Source: Chiloscyllium plagiosum
Lineage: Eukaryota
DNA: 36,925 nt
Assembly (NCBI RefSeq): GCF_004010195.1
Contig: NC_057751.1
Coordinates: forward strand, 4,972,728 to 5,009,652
Reading direction: 5' to 3'
In this document: piece by piece, positions 24,930 to 36,206 of the stretch
How the letters are laid out: each line of letters begins with the position of its first letter
Position numbering within the stretch: the stretch's first letter is position 1
The notes under the pieces: model-generated
Database searches by the model: none
What the model was told of the DNA's origin: nothing
Seen by the model: only the letters and a program-made list of their open reading frames with translations
Made by a program: the position numbers and the translations under genes

Positions 24930-26119
24930 AGTCAAAGACAGAAACTCAGAGCAGGACGACACAAATCAGACCTCCCAACTTGTTCCTGTTCCCAAACCTG
25001 TCAGGAACAGAGTGGGACAGGCAGCGACTAATAACAGTGTGAAAGAGCCCCAGCCCCCTGAAACACTCAGCCGTTGTTCCCAGGCCTTTCCAAAGGGAGT
25101 ATAGGGTGGGCTCTCAGAGTTGGGGGGGGGGGGGGGGGGGGGGGGGGGTACACAAGCTGTGAATGGTTTTGATTTCTCCCCAGTGGAAATGTCAGACTGC
25201 TGCAGTACAACATATCAGATTGAAGCTGAGTGAATGTGGAAAGGTACAGTTTGTACAGGGCACAGGTAGTTTAACTCTCTCCCTGACACTGTGGTCACTG
25301 AAGTGGGCGAGTGAGACACGGGCGCTGGTCAGATAATGCCCAAAGGTTTTCCCGCAATTGATGCCCACCTTGAATAAATTCGAGCTTCTTCCCAAATGCA
25401 ACATAAAGGAGTCTTGATGGTGAATTGGATTTCCTGCTGAAATGTATGTCTCACCCATTTCAGGGTCTGTGTACTGAACAGGCAATGTGTGCCTCCAAAT
25501 GGCACAAACCAAAGAGCAGCATTACACTGGGAAAGGAAAGAACATTCACCGCGTGGGGATTAGTATCAATGCAGAAATTGCTGGAGAAACTCAGCAAGTC
25601 TGGCAGCATCTCTGGAGAGAGCAAGAGAATGTTTCAGGTTGTGTTGCCTCTCCTTCAGAATGGATAGTAGCCAGGAAAAGGTTGGGAGAGATACTCCAGG
25701 TGAGGTGCAGTGTGGGAGTGGGGGAGGAGTAAACACTAAGTCAAGAGGGAACCCAGAGAGAACAACACTTGGATAGACAAAGGTTAAATGGCCAGCTGAG
25801 GAGAATGACCACTTCACTCAACACCTACCTTCTCCCTGCAAAAGAAATGCCCTCAGCTTGCAGTGATCTGGCTCTGTAAGAGTTCCCTGGTCACCCTGTC
25901 TGCCTCTGGCTGCATGGAAGGACAGCACCTCATCTTCTGCTGGGATACTCGACCACGTTCTGCACTCAGTATTGAGGACGCTGTATTTGATATGCATGGA
26001 ATGAGCTGCCAAAGGCAGTACTAGACACAAGTACAGTTCCAAAGTTTAAAGGATATTTGGACAGGAACATGAGTCGGAAAGGTTTAAAGGGATATGGGTC
26101 AGGAGCAAGCAAGTGGAAC

Positions 26120-29100
26120 AAGTTAGTTACAGTCAGGGGACAGAAAGGGAACTGGCAGGCAGTGCAGGGATCACCTGTGGCCATTCCCCTCAACAATACG
26201 TATACCGTTTTGGATACTGTTGGGGGGGACGATTTACTAGGGGAAAGCAGTGGGGTACAGGGCTCTGGCACAGAGTCTGTCCCTGCTGCTCAGAAGGGAA
26301 GGGGGAAGAGGAGCAGAGCAGTAGGGACTCCATTGTTAGGGGGACAGATAGGAGGTTCTGTGGGGACGAGAGAGACTCATGGTTGGTATGTTGCCTCCCA
26401 CATGCCAGGGTCCATGATGTCTCACATTGTGTTTTTGGGATCCTTAAGGGGGAGGGGGAGCAGCCCCAAGTCATGGTTCACACCAGCACCAACGACATAG
26501 GTAGGAAGACAGATGGGGATTGAAGGCAGAAATTCAGGGAGCTAGGGTGGAAGCTTAGAGCTAGGACGAACAGAGTTGTTGTCTCTGGTTTGTTGCCCGT
26601 GCCACGTGCTAGTGAGGCGAGGAATAGGGAGAGAGAGGAGTTGGACACGTGGCTACAGGGATGGTGCAGGAGGGAGGGTTTTGGATTCTTGGATAATTGG
26701 GGCTCTTTCTGGGGTAGGTGGGACCTCTACAAGCAGGATGGTCTTCATCTGAACCAGAGGGGTACCAATATCCTGTGGGGGGAAATTTGCTAAGGGTATT
26801 GGGGTGGGTTTAAACTAATCCAGCAGGGGAATGGAAACCAAATTGTAGTTCCGAGTAAAGAAAAGGTTGAGAGTAGGGAGGTCCNNNNNNATAGAGCAGG
26901 GACAGGAATGGTTGTTGCAGGTTCCAGGATTTAGATGCTTCAGTAAGAACAGAGAAGATGGTAAAAGAGGGGGAGGTGTGGCATTGTTGGTCAAGGACAG
27001 TACTACAGTGGCAGAAAGGATGTTTGGGGACTCGTCAACTGAGGTAGTTTGGGCTGAGGTTAGAAACAGGAAAGGAGAGGTCACCCTGTTGGGAGTTTTC
27101 TATAGGCCTCCGAATAGTCCCAGGAATGTAGAGGAAAGGATTGCAAAGATGATTCTCGATAAGAGTGAGAGAGACGGGGTAGTTGTCATGGGGGACTTCA
27201 ACTATCCAAATATTGACTGGGAACACTACAGTACGAGTACTATAGATGGGTCAGTTTTTTGTCCAGTGTGTGCAGGAGGGCTTCCTGTCACAGTATGGAG
27301 TCAGGCCAACAAGAGGGGAAGCCACAATAGATTTGGTACTGGGTAATGAGCCCAGCCAAGTGTTAGACTTGGAAGTAGGTGAGCACTTTGGTGATAGCGA
27401 TCACAATTCTGTTATGTTTACTTCAGTGATAGAAAGGGATAGGTGTATACCACTGGGTAAGACTTATAGCTGGGGGAAAGACAATTACGATGCGATTAGG
27501 CAAAATTTAGGAAGAATAGGATGGGGAAGGGAACTGCAGGGGATGGGCACTTTAAAAATGTGGAGCTTATTCAAGGAAAAGCTCCTGTGTGTCCTAGATA
27601 AGTATGTACCTGTCAGGCAGGGAGGAAGATGTAGAGCGTGGGAGCCATGGTTTATGAAGGAAGTGGAATCTCTAGTCAAGAGGAAGAAGAACGCTTATGT
27701 TAGGATGAGATGTGAAGGCTCAGTTGGGGTGCTTGAGGCTTACAAGGTAGCCAGGAAAGACCAAAAGATAGAGCTCAGAAGAGCCAGGAGGAGATGTGAG
27801 AAGTTGTTGGCGGATAGGATCAGGGTAAACCATAAGGCTTTCTATAGGTATTTATGGAATAAAAGAATGACGAGAGTAAGATTAGCGCCAATCAAGGATA
27901 GTAGTGGGAAGTTGTGTGTGGAGACAGAGGAGATAGGAGAAGCACTTAATGAATATTTTTCGACAATATTCACTCTAGAAACGACAATGTTGTCGAGGAC
28001 AATACTGAGATACAGGCTACTAGACTAGGTGTGATTGAGGTTCACAAGGGAGAGGTATTAGAAATCCTGCAGAGTGTGAAAATAGATAAGTTCCCTGGGC
28101 CGGATGGGATTTATCCACGGATCCTCTGCGATTGCAGAGGGGGCGTTGTGGACTTGTTGGGCCGAAGGGCCTGTTTCCACACTGTAAGTAATCTAAAAAA
28201 AAAAGATAAGTTCCCTGGGCCAGATGGGATTTATCCACGGATCCTCTGCGATTGCAGAGTTTTTGGCCTTGATCTTTAAATCGCCATTGTCTACAGGAAT
28301 AGTGCCAGAAAACTGGAGGATAGCAAATGTGGTTCCCCTGTTCAAGAAGGGGAGTAGAGACAATCCTGGTAATTATGGACCAGTAAGCCTTACTTCAGTT
28401 GTTGGTAGTGCTGGAAAAGGTTATAAGAGATAGGATTTATAATCATCTAGAAAAGAATAATTTGATTAGGGATAGTCAGCACAGTTTTGTGAAGGGTAGG
28501 TTGTGCCTCACAAACCTTATTGAGTTCTTTGAGAAGGTGACCAAACAGGTAGATGAGANNNNNNNNNNNNNNNNNNNNNNNNNNNNNNNNNNNNNNNNNN
28601 NNNNNNNNNNNNNNNNNNNNNNNNNNNNNNNNNNNNNNNNNNNNNNNNNNNNNNNNNNNNNNNNNNNNNNNNNNNNNNNNNNNNNNNNNNNNNNNNNNNN
28701 NNNNNNNNNNNNNNNNNNNNNNNNNNNNNNNNNNNNNNNNNNNNNNNNNNNNNNNNNNNNNNNNNNNNNNNNNNNNNNNNNNNNNNNNNNNNNNNNNNNN
28801 NNNNNNNNNNNNNNNNNNNNNNNNNNNNNNNNNNNNNNNNNNNNNNNNNNNNNNNNNNNNNNNNNNNNNNNNNNNNNNNNNNNNNNNNNNNNNNNNNNNN
28901 NNNNNNNNNNNNNNNNNNNNNNNNNNNNNNNNNNNNNNNNNNNNNNNNNNNNNNNNNNNNNNNNNNNNNNNNNNNNNNNNNNNNGAGTTCCAGAACCATG
29001 AGGTTATGCTACAGCTATGCAAAGCTCTGGTGCGGCTGCACTTGGAGTATTGTGTACGGTTCTGGTCACCGCATTATAAGAAGAATGTGGAAGTTTTGCA

Positions 29101-29560
29101 AAGGGTGCAGAGGAGATTTACTAGGATGTTGCCTGGTATGGAAGGAATGTCTTACAAGGAAAGGCTGAGGGCCTTGAGGCTGTTCTCATTAGAGAGAAGA
29201 AGGTTGAGAGGTGACTTAATAGAGACATACAAGATAATCAGAGGGTTAGATAGGGTGGACAGGGAGAGCCTTTTTGCAAGTACGGGGACAGCAAACACGA
29301 GGGGACACAACTTTAAAGTGAGGGGGGATAGGTATAAGACAGATGCCAGAGGTAGTTTCTTTACTCAGAGCGTAGTAAGGATATGGAATGCTTTGCCTGC
29401 AATGGTAGTAGATTCGCCAAGTTTAAGTGCATTTAAGTTGTCATTGGACAGGCATATGGACGTACATGGAATAGTGTAGGTGGGATGGGCTTCAGATTAG
29501 TATGACAGGGCGGCACAACATCGAGGGCCGAAGGGCCTGTACTGCGCTGTAATGTTCTGA
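26120..29560 (+). mobile_element. Near-full-length CR1-clade LINE (ORF1 SGNH esterase; ORF2 AP endonuclease and RT), frameshifted, with assembly gaps at 26885-26890 and 28559-28984
   Basis: ORF1 motifs DSIVRG...HTSTNDIG...DGLHLN. ORF2 motifs GGGVALLV, GVFYRPPNS, MGDFNYPNIDW, SDHN, PGPDGIYPRIL, WRIANVVPLFKKG, QHSFVKGRLCLTNLIEFFE, HLEYCVRFWSPH. 3' tail GAGGGCCGAAGGGCCTGTACTGCGCTGTAATGTTCT. Confidence 0.95.
28140..28203 (+). mobile_element. Extremely 5'-truncated HE1/HER1 3' tail inserted in the CR1, flanked by 56-bp direct repeats
   Basis: GTGGACTTGTTGGGCCGAAGGGCCTGTTTCCACACTGTAAGTAATCT plus an A-tract. Repeats at 28084-28139 and 28204-28259. Confidence 0.85.
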
Positions 29561-29595
29561 GTTCAGTTAGGGAAAGCTGGTCATCTGTGGGCTAG

Positions 29596-31090
29596 AGATC
29601 CCTGTCTTACAGATCCCCCTCTTCCCGAGGGACACGGGGATCCCTGTCTGACAGATTCCCCTCTTCCTGAGGGACACAGGGATCTCTGTCTGACAGATCC
29701 CTCTTCCCGAGGGACACGGGGATCCCTGTCTGACAGATCCTCCTCTTCCCGAGGGACACGGGGATCCCTGTCTGACAGATCCCCCCCTTCCTGAGGGACA
29801 CGGGGATCCCTGTCTGACAGATCCTCCTCTTCCCGAGGGACACGGGGATCTCTGTCTGACAGATCCCCTCTTCCAGAGGGATATAGGAATCCCTGTCTGA
29901 CAGATTCCCCTCTTCCCGAGGGACACAGAGATCCCCGTCTGACAGATTCCCCTCTTCCCGAGGGACACAGGGATGCCTGTCTGACAGATCCCACTTCCCG
30001 AGGGACACAGGGATGCCTGTCTGACAGATCCCACTTCCCGAGGGACACAGGGATCCCTGTCTGACAGATCCTCCTCTTCCCGAGGGACATGAGGATCCCT
30101 GTCTGACAGATCCCCCTCTTCCCGAGGGACACAGGGATCCCTGTCTGACAGATCCCCCTCTTCGCGAGGGGCACAGGAATCCCTGTCTGACAGATCCCTC
30201 TTCCCGAGGGACACAGGGATCTCTGTCTGACAGATTCCCCTCTTCCTGAGGGACACAGGGATCCCTGTCTGACAGATCCTCCTCTTCCCGAGGGACACAG
30301 GGATCTCTGTCTGACAGATCCCACTTCCCGAGGGACACAGGGATCTCTGTCTGACAGATCCCTCTTCCCGAGGGACACGTGGATCCCTGTCTGACAGATC
30401 CTCCTCTTCCCGAGGGACACGGGGATCCCTGTCTGACAGATCCCCCTCTTCCTGAGGGACACGGGGATCCCTGTCTGACAGATCCCCTCTTCCAGAGGGA
30501 TATGGGAATCCCTGTCTGACAGATTCCCCTCTTCCCGAGGGACACAGAGATCCCCGTCTGACAGATCCCCCTCTTCCCGAGGGACACAGGGATGCCTGTC
30601 TGACAGATCCCACTTCCCGAGGACACAGGGATGCCTGTCTGACAGATCCCACTTCCCGAGGGACACAGGGATCCCTGTTGTCTGACAGATCCCCCTCTTC
30701 CCGAGGGACACAGGGATCCCTGTCTGACAGATCCCCCTCTTCCCGAGGGACACAGGAATCCCTGTCTGACAGATCCCTCTTCCCGAGGGACACAGGGATC
30801 TCTGTCTGACAGATCCCTCTTCCCGAGGGACACGGGGGATCTCTGTTTGACAGATCCCCCTCTTCCCGAGGGACACGGGGATCCCTGTCTGACAGATCCT
30901 CCTCTTCCCGAGGGAGACGGGGATCCTTGTCTGACAGATCTCTCTTCCCGAGGGACACGGGGATCTCTGTTTGACAGATCCCCCTCTTCCCGAGGGACAC
31001 GGGGATCCCAGTCTGACAGATCCCCCTCTTCCCGAGGGACACGGGGATCCCTGTCTGACAGATCCCCTCTTCCCGAGGGAGTCGGGGATC
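29596..31090. repeat. Minisatellite, ~36-38 bp unit (GGGATCCCTGTCTGACAGATCCCCCTCTTCCCGAGGGACAC), about 40 copies
   Basis: Directly visible tandem array with unit variants. Confidence 0.97.
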
Positions 31091-31418
31091 GCAATGTGGG
31101 CTGGTGTTCCCAGTTGAACTGCCTCCCTCTTCCCGAAGGGATTAATCTGGGAAGTGACCCTCGGATCAGGCTGAAGACTTGGAGACCCATGTTCCATTGC
31201 CTTTCAACAAGTGCACACTCACATCATCCCAGCTTTTTCCACAGATCCTCCCCTCCCCCGACTCTGTCTCCACATCTCCCTGATATCCTGTGGCCAGGAA
31301 TCTCAGTCTGACTGGGGTTTAGTGGGGGGGCCGGGGGGTGGGGGGGAGGTGGGCTGTGCCCTGAGTTAATGCATCTTCTCTTGCTTGTTCCCTGGCTCAT
31401 TCCCATCAAACCGGACAG

Positions 31419-31603
31419 AGGCTGGTGGTATCTGTCTCCCTGCTGTTCCTGCTTATTCACCAGGAAGAATCTTACTGCTTAGTCGCAACCCAGAACATAA
31501 CTTGTACAGACAATGGCGTCGTGTATCCGCTGGAAGCAAATTTGACAAATTCCGACTGTATGAGATGTGTCTGCTCAACCGGAGAGATCCACTGCTGTTC
31601 CAC
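31419..31603 (+). CDS. MSMB: Beta-microseminoprotein-like gene B, fused signal-peptide and N-terminal-domain exon
   Basis: Acceptor ...GGACAG| (alternative in-frame acceptor at 31464) and donor AC|GTGTGT. Encodes RLVVSVSLLFLLIHQEESYCLVATQNITCTDNGVVYPLEANLTNSDCMRCVCSTGEIHCCS(T), carrying family Cys1-7. Confidence 0.88.
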
Positions 31604-32151
31604 GTGTGTCATGGTCTGCTGCTTCACCCCCACCGGGACCTCATTCACAGCACACACACACCGTGGGGAGGACAGTCAATGGACAGGAGCTCAGTCAGGT
31701 CATGGGGAAGGGTCACACTCCAACACCTAACACCTCCTCCCCCACCCTCAGCCCAGGGGGCAATCCCAGTGTAGGGCTGGGAGGTGGGGCTGGGGGTGGG
31801 GGGGGGGGAAGGGAGAACCCCAGAAATCAGACAAGGGATGGGGAGAGCAGCAAGGCAGAGGGGTACTGGGGTCAGAGTAAACAGCAAGTGAGGGTGAAAG
31901 GTGGAGTATGGGAGCATGGGGCTGAGGGAGGTGGGAGTCATAATGATGGGAAAGACGGTGAGGAGGGAGAGGGAGAGGGGAATGGGAGGGAGGGGTAAAG
32001 GTGGGGTGGGGACAGATGTGAAGTGGTCTGGTGCAGTGGATTCTTCAGTGATCACTGGTGGGGATCTGCAGTGAGAGTAGTGTGCCTGGGGAATGGGTCC
32101 CTGATTATCAGCCACTATCCTTCTGATCCATTGCTGCTGTATGATCTGCAG

Positions 32152-32278
32152 GGTCCCCATGCCTGTAGCCATCCCAGACGACTGTGTTGCAGTTTTCCAT
32201 CAGGATCAGTGTCGCTACCACGTGCACAAGGTGAACGACAGCTCAGTGGAATGCCCAGTGTTCAGCAGCGTCCTGTAG
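32152..32278 (+). CDS. MSMB: Beta-microseminoprotein-like gene B, last coding exon
   Basis: Acceptor GATCTGCAG|, phase 2. Encodes VPMPVAIPDDCVAVFHQDQCRYHVHKVNDSSVECPVFSSVL*, with Cys8-10. Shares PDDCVAVF...CRY...VEC with gene A. Confidence 0.92.
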
Positions 32279-32323
32279 TAAGCTGATCATCGCTTCAGTT
32301 CCTCAGCAGAGAGGCACGAACCA

Positions 32324-32339
32324 ACACCAGGGGGCAGCA
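32324..32339 (+). promoter_or_regulatory. CTCF-like motif in the gene B 3' UTR
   Basis: ACACCAGGGGGCAGCA closely matches the CCASYAGRKGGCRS core. Motif match only. Confidence 0.4.
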
Positions 32340-32362
32340 TGGCCCTTCTGAAAATATCTGTC

Positions 32363-32368
32363 AATAAA
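32363..32368 (+). terminator. Polyadenylation signal of gene B
   Basis: AATAAA 85 nt after the stop codon. Confidence 0.7.
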
Positions 32369-33021
32369 CTAACTGCATCGTGCTCAAACTTTCTCTGCTT
32401 TACAGTTCATCAAGAAGTCTTCATGTTGGGGTGGTTGGAAGAGAGAGTGTGGAGAGTGGGTGGAGGAGAGAGAATGCTGTGTGAGGAGAGTGAATGACAG
32501 AGAGCATGCACATGTGGGGATAGAGATAGAGAGAGATAGAGAGAGAGAGAGAGACACACACACACACACACAGAGTGTGGTGGGGAGAGAGAGTGCATGT
32601 GAGCGGGCAGAGAAAGAGACAGTGAGTACACAGGGTGAGAAGAGGGAGAGCATGATGGGGGAGCTAAGGGGACAGAGAGAGAAAGGGACAGTGTTGGTGG
32701 TGTCCTAATGTTGGGAATGGTGGGAGCTATATTCCAAACCCCAGGTCTGTTTTTCTAAGGAGTTGCTGAGAAGTAATTCCATGATGATTTGGCCTCAGGA
32801 GGGGATGAGGTGCAAGGGATAGTGTCCTGGCCTCAGGGCAGGGAGCTCCAGGTTAATGGTCCAGCCCAGGAGCTGGAGGATGGCCAGGTATTCTGTGTGC
32901 TAGGCCTGAGCCAGTGAGTAGCAGTAAATCAGAGGCTGTTACTGCTGTAGGAGCAACACAGTCAGGAGAGAGCCTCAACTGAGTTACGTGCTCCAGTGTG
33001 AGAGAGTGAGGGTCAGATCGT

Positions 33022-34592
33022 CACAGAGTCAGAGAGATGTACAGCACGGAAACAGACCCTTTGGTCCAACTAGTCCATGCAGATATCCTCAATTAATCTA
33101 GTCCTATTTGCCAACACTTGGCCCATATCCCTTTAAACTCTTGCTATTCATTGACCCAGCCAGGTGCCTTTTAAATGTTGTAATTGTAACAGCCTCCACC
33201 ACTTCCTCTGGCTTTGCCTATTTACCCTGTCCATGCCCTCGTAATTTTGTAAACCTCTATAAGGTCACCTCTCAGTCTCTGACACTCCAGGGAACACAGC
33301 CCCAGCCTGTTCAGCCTCTCCCTGTAGCTCAAATCCTCCAACCCTGGCAACATCCTTATAAATCTTTTCTGAACCCTTTCAAGTTTCACAACATCTTTCC
33401 GATAGGAAGGAGACCAGAATTGCATGAAATATTCCAACAATGGCCTAACCAATGTCCTGTGCATCCGCAACATGACCTCCCAACGCCTGTACTCAGTACT
33501 CTGACCAATAAAAGAAAGCATACCAAACGNNNNNNNNNNNNNNNNNNNNNNNNNNNNNNNNNNNNNNNNNNNNNNNNNNNNNNNNNNNNNNNNNNNNNNN
33601 NNNNNNNNNNNNNNNNNNNNNNNNNNNNNNNNNNNNNNNNNNNNNNNNNNNNNNNNNNNNNNNNNNNNNNNNNNNNNNNNNNNNNNNNNNNNNNNNNNNN
33701 NNNNNNNNNNNNNNNNNNNNNNNNNNNNNNNNNNNNNNNNNNNNNNNNNNNNNNNNNNNNNNNNNNNNNNNNNNNNNNNNNNNNNNNNNNNNNNNNNNNN
33801 NNNNNNNNNNNNNNNNNNNNNNNNNNNNNNNNNNNNNNNNNNNNNNNNNNNNNNNNNNNNNNNNNNNNNNNNNNNNNNNNNNNNNNNNNNNNNNNNNNNN
33901 NNNNNNNNNNNNNNNNNNNNNNNNNNNNNNNNNNNNNNNNNNNNNNNNNNNNNNNNNNNNNNNNNNNNNNNNNNNNNNNNNNNNNNNNNNNNNNNNNNNN
34001 NNNNNNNNNNNNNNNNNNNNNNNNNNNNNNNNNNNNNNNNNNNNNNNNNNNNNNNNNNNNNNNNNNNNNNNNNNNNNNNNNNNNNNNNNNNNNNNNNNNN
34101 NNNNNNNNNNNNNNNNNNNNNNNNNNNNNNNNNNNATAACTTCCCTGGATGTATTTCCAGGAATACCCTCCCTCAGCACAGCTGTAATGCTATCCCTTAT
34201 CAAAAATGCCATTCCCCCTCCTCTCTTGCCTCCCTTTCTATCCTTCCTGTAGCATTTGTATCCTGGAACATTAAGCTGCCAGTCCTGCCCATCCCTGAGC
34301 CATGTTTCAGTAATTGCTATGATATCCCAGTCCCACGTTCCTAACCATGCCCTGAGTTAATCTATTAGGCCCCTTGCATTGAAATAAATGCAGTTTAATT
34401 TATCAGCCCTACCTTGCTCTCTGCTTTGTCCCTGCCTGCCCTGACTGTTTGACTCGCTCCTTTTCCTAACTGTACCAGTCTTAGATTGATCCCTTTCCTC
34501 ACTATCTCCCTGGGTCCCACCCCCTTATTAGTTTAAATCCTCCTGAGCAGCTCAAGCAAATATCCCTGCCAGTGTCTTAGTCCGCTTCCAAG
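33022..34592 (-). mobile_element. CR1-clade LINE, internally deleted, with an assembly gap at 33530-34135
   Basis: Minus-strand TLVRPLLEYFMQFWSPSYRKDVVKLERVQKRFIRMLPGL (C-terminal RT region) and the endonuclease segment GGMAFLIRDSITAVLRE. 3' tail near 33025-33080. Confidence 0.9.
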
Positions 34593-34883
34593 TCACAGAG
34601 GAGAGTGAGTGTGTGTGCAAATCAGTGGAAACACTCTGTCAGTTCCCCAGCTCCACATACGCACCAATCCTTTGTGTGGCACACACAATTCTTGGGTCTC
34701 AGTTTGAGATGTGGACCGTCACCACAGCACTGTATTTCCGAGATGGGGTTGTTGTGATGTGTTCTGTCTCTGACTCGTACTATTTCGAAATAAGCCAGGC
34801 TCAAATCTGTGCTGAGACAACAGTGCACAGAGATGGTGCCCCCTATGCAGGGAGCTGATGACTGCAGTCTGTGAACAACTCTG

Positions 34884-35290
34884 CAATCAGTCAGATAACA
34901 TCCTGGGTCAGCGTACTCTCCAGTGATGAAGAGCAGCACCTCGCACCAGGAAGCAGGAAGCGAGTGGAGCTGGAACCACCATCAGACAGAGGGAAACACT
35001 CTCTGGGTCAGTGCGGTCACAGGGACTGTGTTAGAGCATTGACCCAAACTCTGACTGGACATTAACCTCCTCAGGTTAGTCCTGCCATCCCTCCTACAGA
35101 ACAGGGGCAGGAACCTGAAGGGGTCTGGGAGGATGCCTGTTTATCAGAGGGTATTTCACCCATCACCCCCATGGGATCATCAACCCCAGGTAGTGCCACG
35201 TGCCACATCCTGCTCAGGATTTGGGGAACAGAAGGATCGGGAGCAGGAGTGGGCAATCCAACCCCTCCATCCCCGATCTGCCATTAAACA
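34884..35290 (+). repeat. Segmental duplication block X (copy 2)
   Basis: Matches 22935-23341. Confidence 0.95.
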
Positions 35291-35893
35291 CAATCCTGGC
35301 TGATCTTATCCCTGCCTGCTCCCCAATGCCCTTTATCCTGATTTTCATCAGAAAGACAGAAGCTTGAACAGGCCCTTCAGCCCACAATGTTGTACTGAAC
35401 ATTATGCCAAATTCAACCAATCCCTTCTGCCTGCCATCTCTCTCTCTCCATCCCTTCTATACTCTTGGGCTGACCTGAAAATCCCTGAAGGGTCCCTATT
35501 GTATCTGCCCCCACCAACACCCCAGACAAACCTATTTCTATCTTCAATCTGTTGATTGGTTTTGCCCTGACTGCGCTCTGGGTAAGTGAGTTCCACAGAC
35601 GGATGTATGTCTGGGAGAAGGAGTTACCCCTCCCCTCCCCTCCCCTCGGTGTTGAACCTAAACCCCCACCCCTGACTCTCTATCTACCACCTCTTGTTCT
35701 ACACTGTCTCACAAAGTCTGAGAGACAGCAGAAGGAGCAGGAGGACTGATCTTGAGTTGGGGTGGGGGGAGGGTGCTGGGAACATGCTGGGAGGGAGGGT
35801 TTGGATTGGAGCCTGGGTAAGTGGGGGGGAAAAAAAGAGTTCCAGTCAGTGAGCTTAGCCACCCCAGCCCCCACCAGTCTCGCCAGGACGGGG

Positions 35894-35989
35894 CTTATAT
35901 TGGTATGAGCAATTGGGGGGACCCGGTTGGCAGAGCCTGTGCCCAGTAAGGCCAGACAGGCCGTGTGCCAACCCCAGGCTGCATATTAA
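35894..35989 (+). promoter_or_regulatory. Putative core promoter of MSMB-like copy C
   Basis: Reverse CCAAT (ATTGG) at ~35899-35903 and TATA-like CATATTAA at 35982-35989, upstream of an ATG-free leader and the candidate exon 1. Confidence 0.35.
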
Positions 35990-36111
35990 CCCGGCTCAGC
36001 TCAGTGCCGACGTGGCTCTCGCTGCGTACCTGCACACTCTCAACCCAGACCAGAGACATCTCTACGACCAGCTACAAGAGCCAGGACCCAGAGCAACCTC
36101 AAGCCAATCTC

Positions 36112-36126
36112 ATGGAGCTGATTGTG
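36112..36126 (+). CDS. Putative coding part of exon 1 (MELIV) of a third, B-like MSMB paralog whose remaining exons would lie beyond the window
   Basis: CTCATGGAGCTGATTGTG|GTAGGT, phase 0. Joined to a B-type exon it gives MELIVRLVV..., paralleling gene A (M)ELCVRLVW. It sits between duplicated blocks X and Y. Confidence 0.55.
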
Positions 36127-36206
36127 GTAGGTTCTAACAGGAGCACAGCTCTGTTTGTACCAGTGAAGCAGTTTCCAAGCTGACACACTGGGTTCGGTCT
36201 GTAATC

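Noticed and set aside
25122..25148. Long poly-G run
   Set aside because: Simple homopolymer whose length is unreliable in assemblies.
2449..25293. Scattered CACAGTG/CACTGTG heptamers (possible V(D)J signals)
   Set aside because: Those I checked have no nonamer at 12 or 23 bp spacing, and no Ig/TCR segments are visible.
29596..31090. CRISPR-like appearance (palindromic ~37-bp repeats)
   Set aside because: Units are head-to-tail with no unique spacers, there are no cas genes, and the context is vertebrate.
29567..31197. Three ~500-aa minus-strand ORFs
   Set aside because: They are translations of a minisatellite that lacks stop codons on that strand. All three frames are open and give the same permuted peptides.
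28399..34212. Long ORFs containing X runs
   Set aside because: Artefacts of N gaps inside CR1 elements.
34622..34939. Cys-rich minus-strand ORF
   Set aside because: No ATG-led signal peptide, no convincing splice sites and no recognisable Cys framework.
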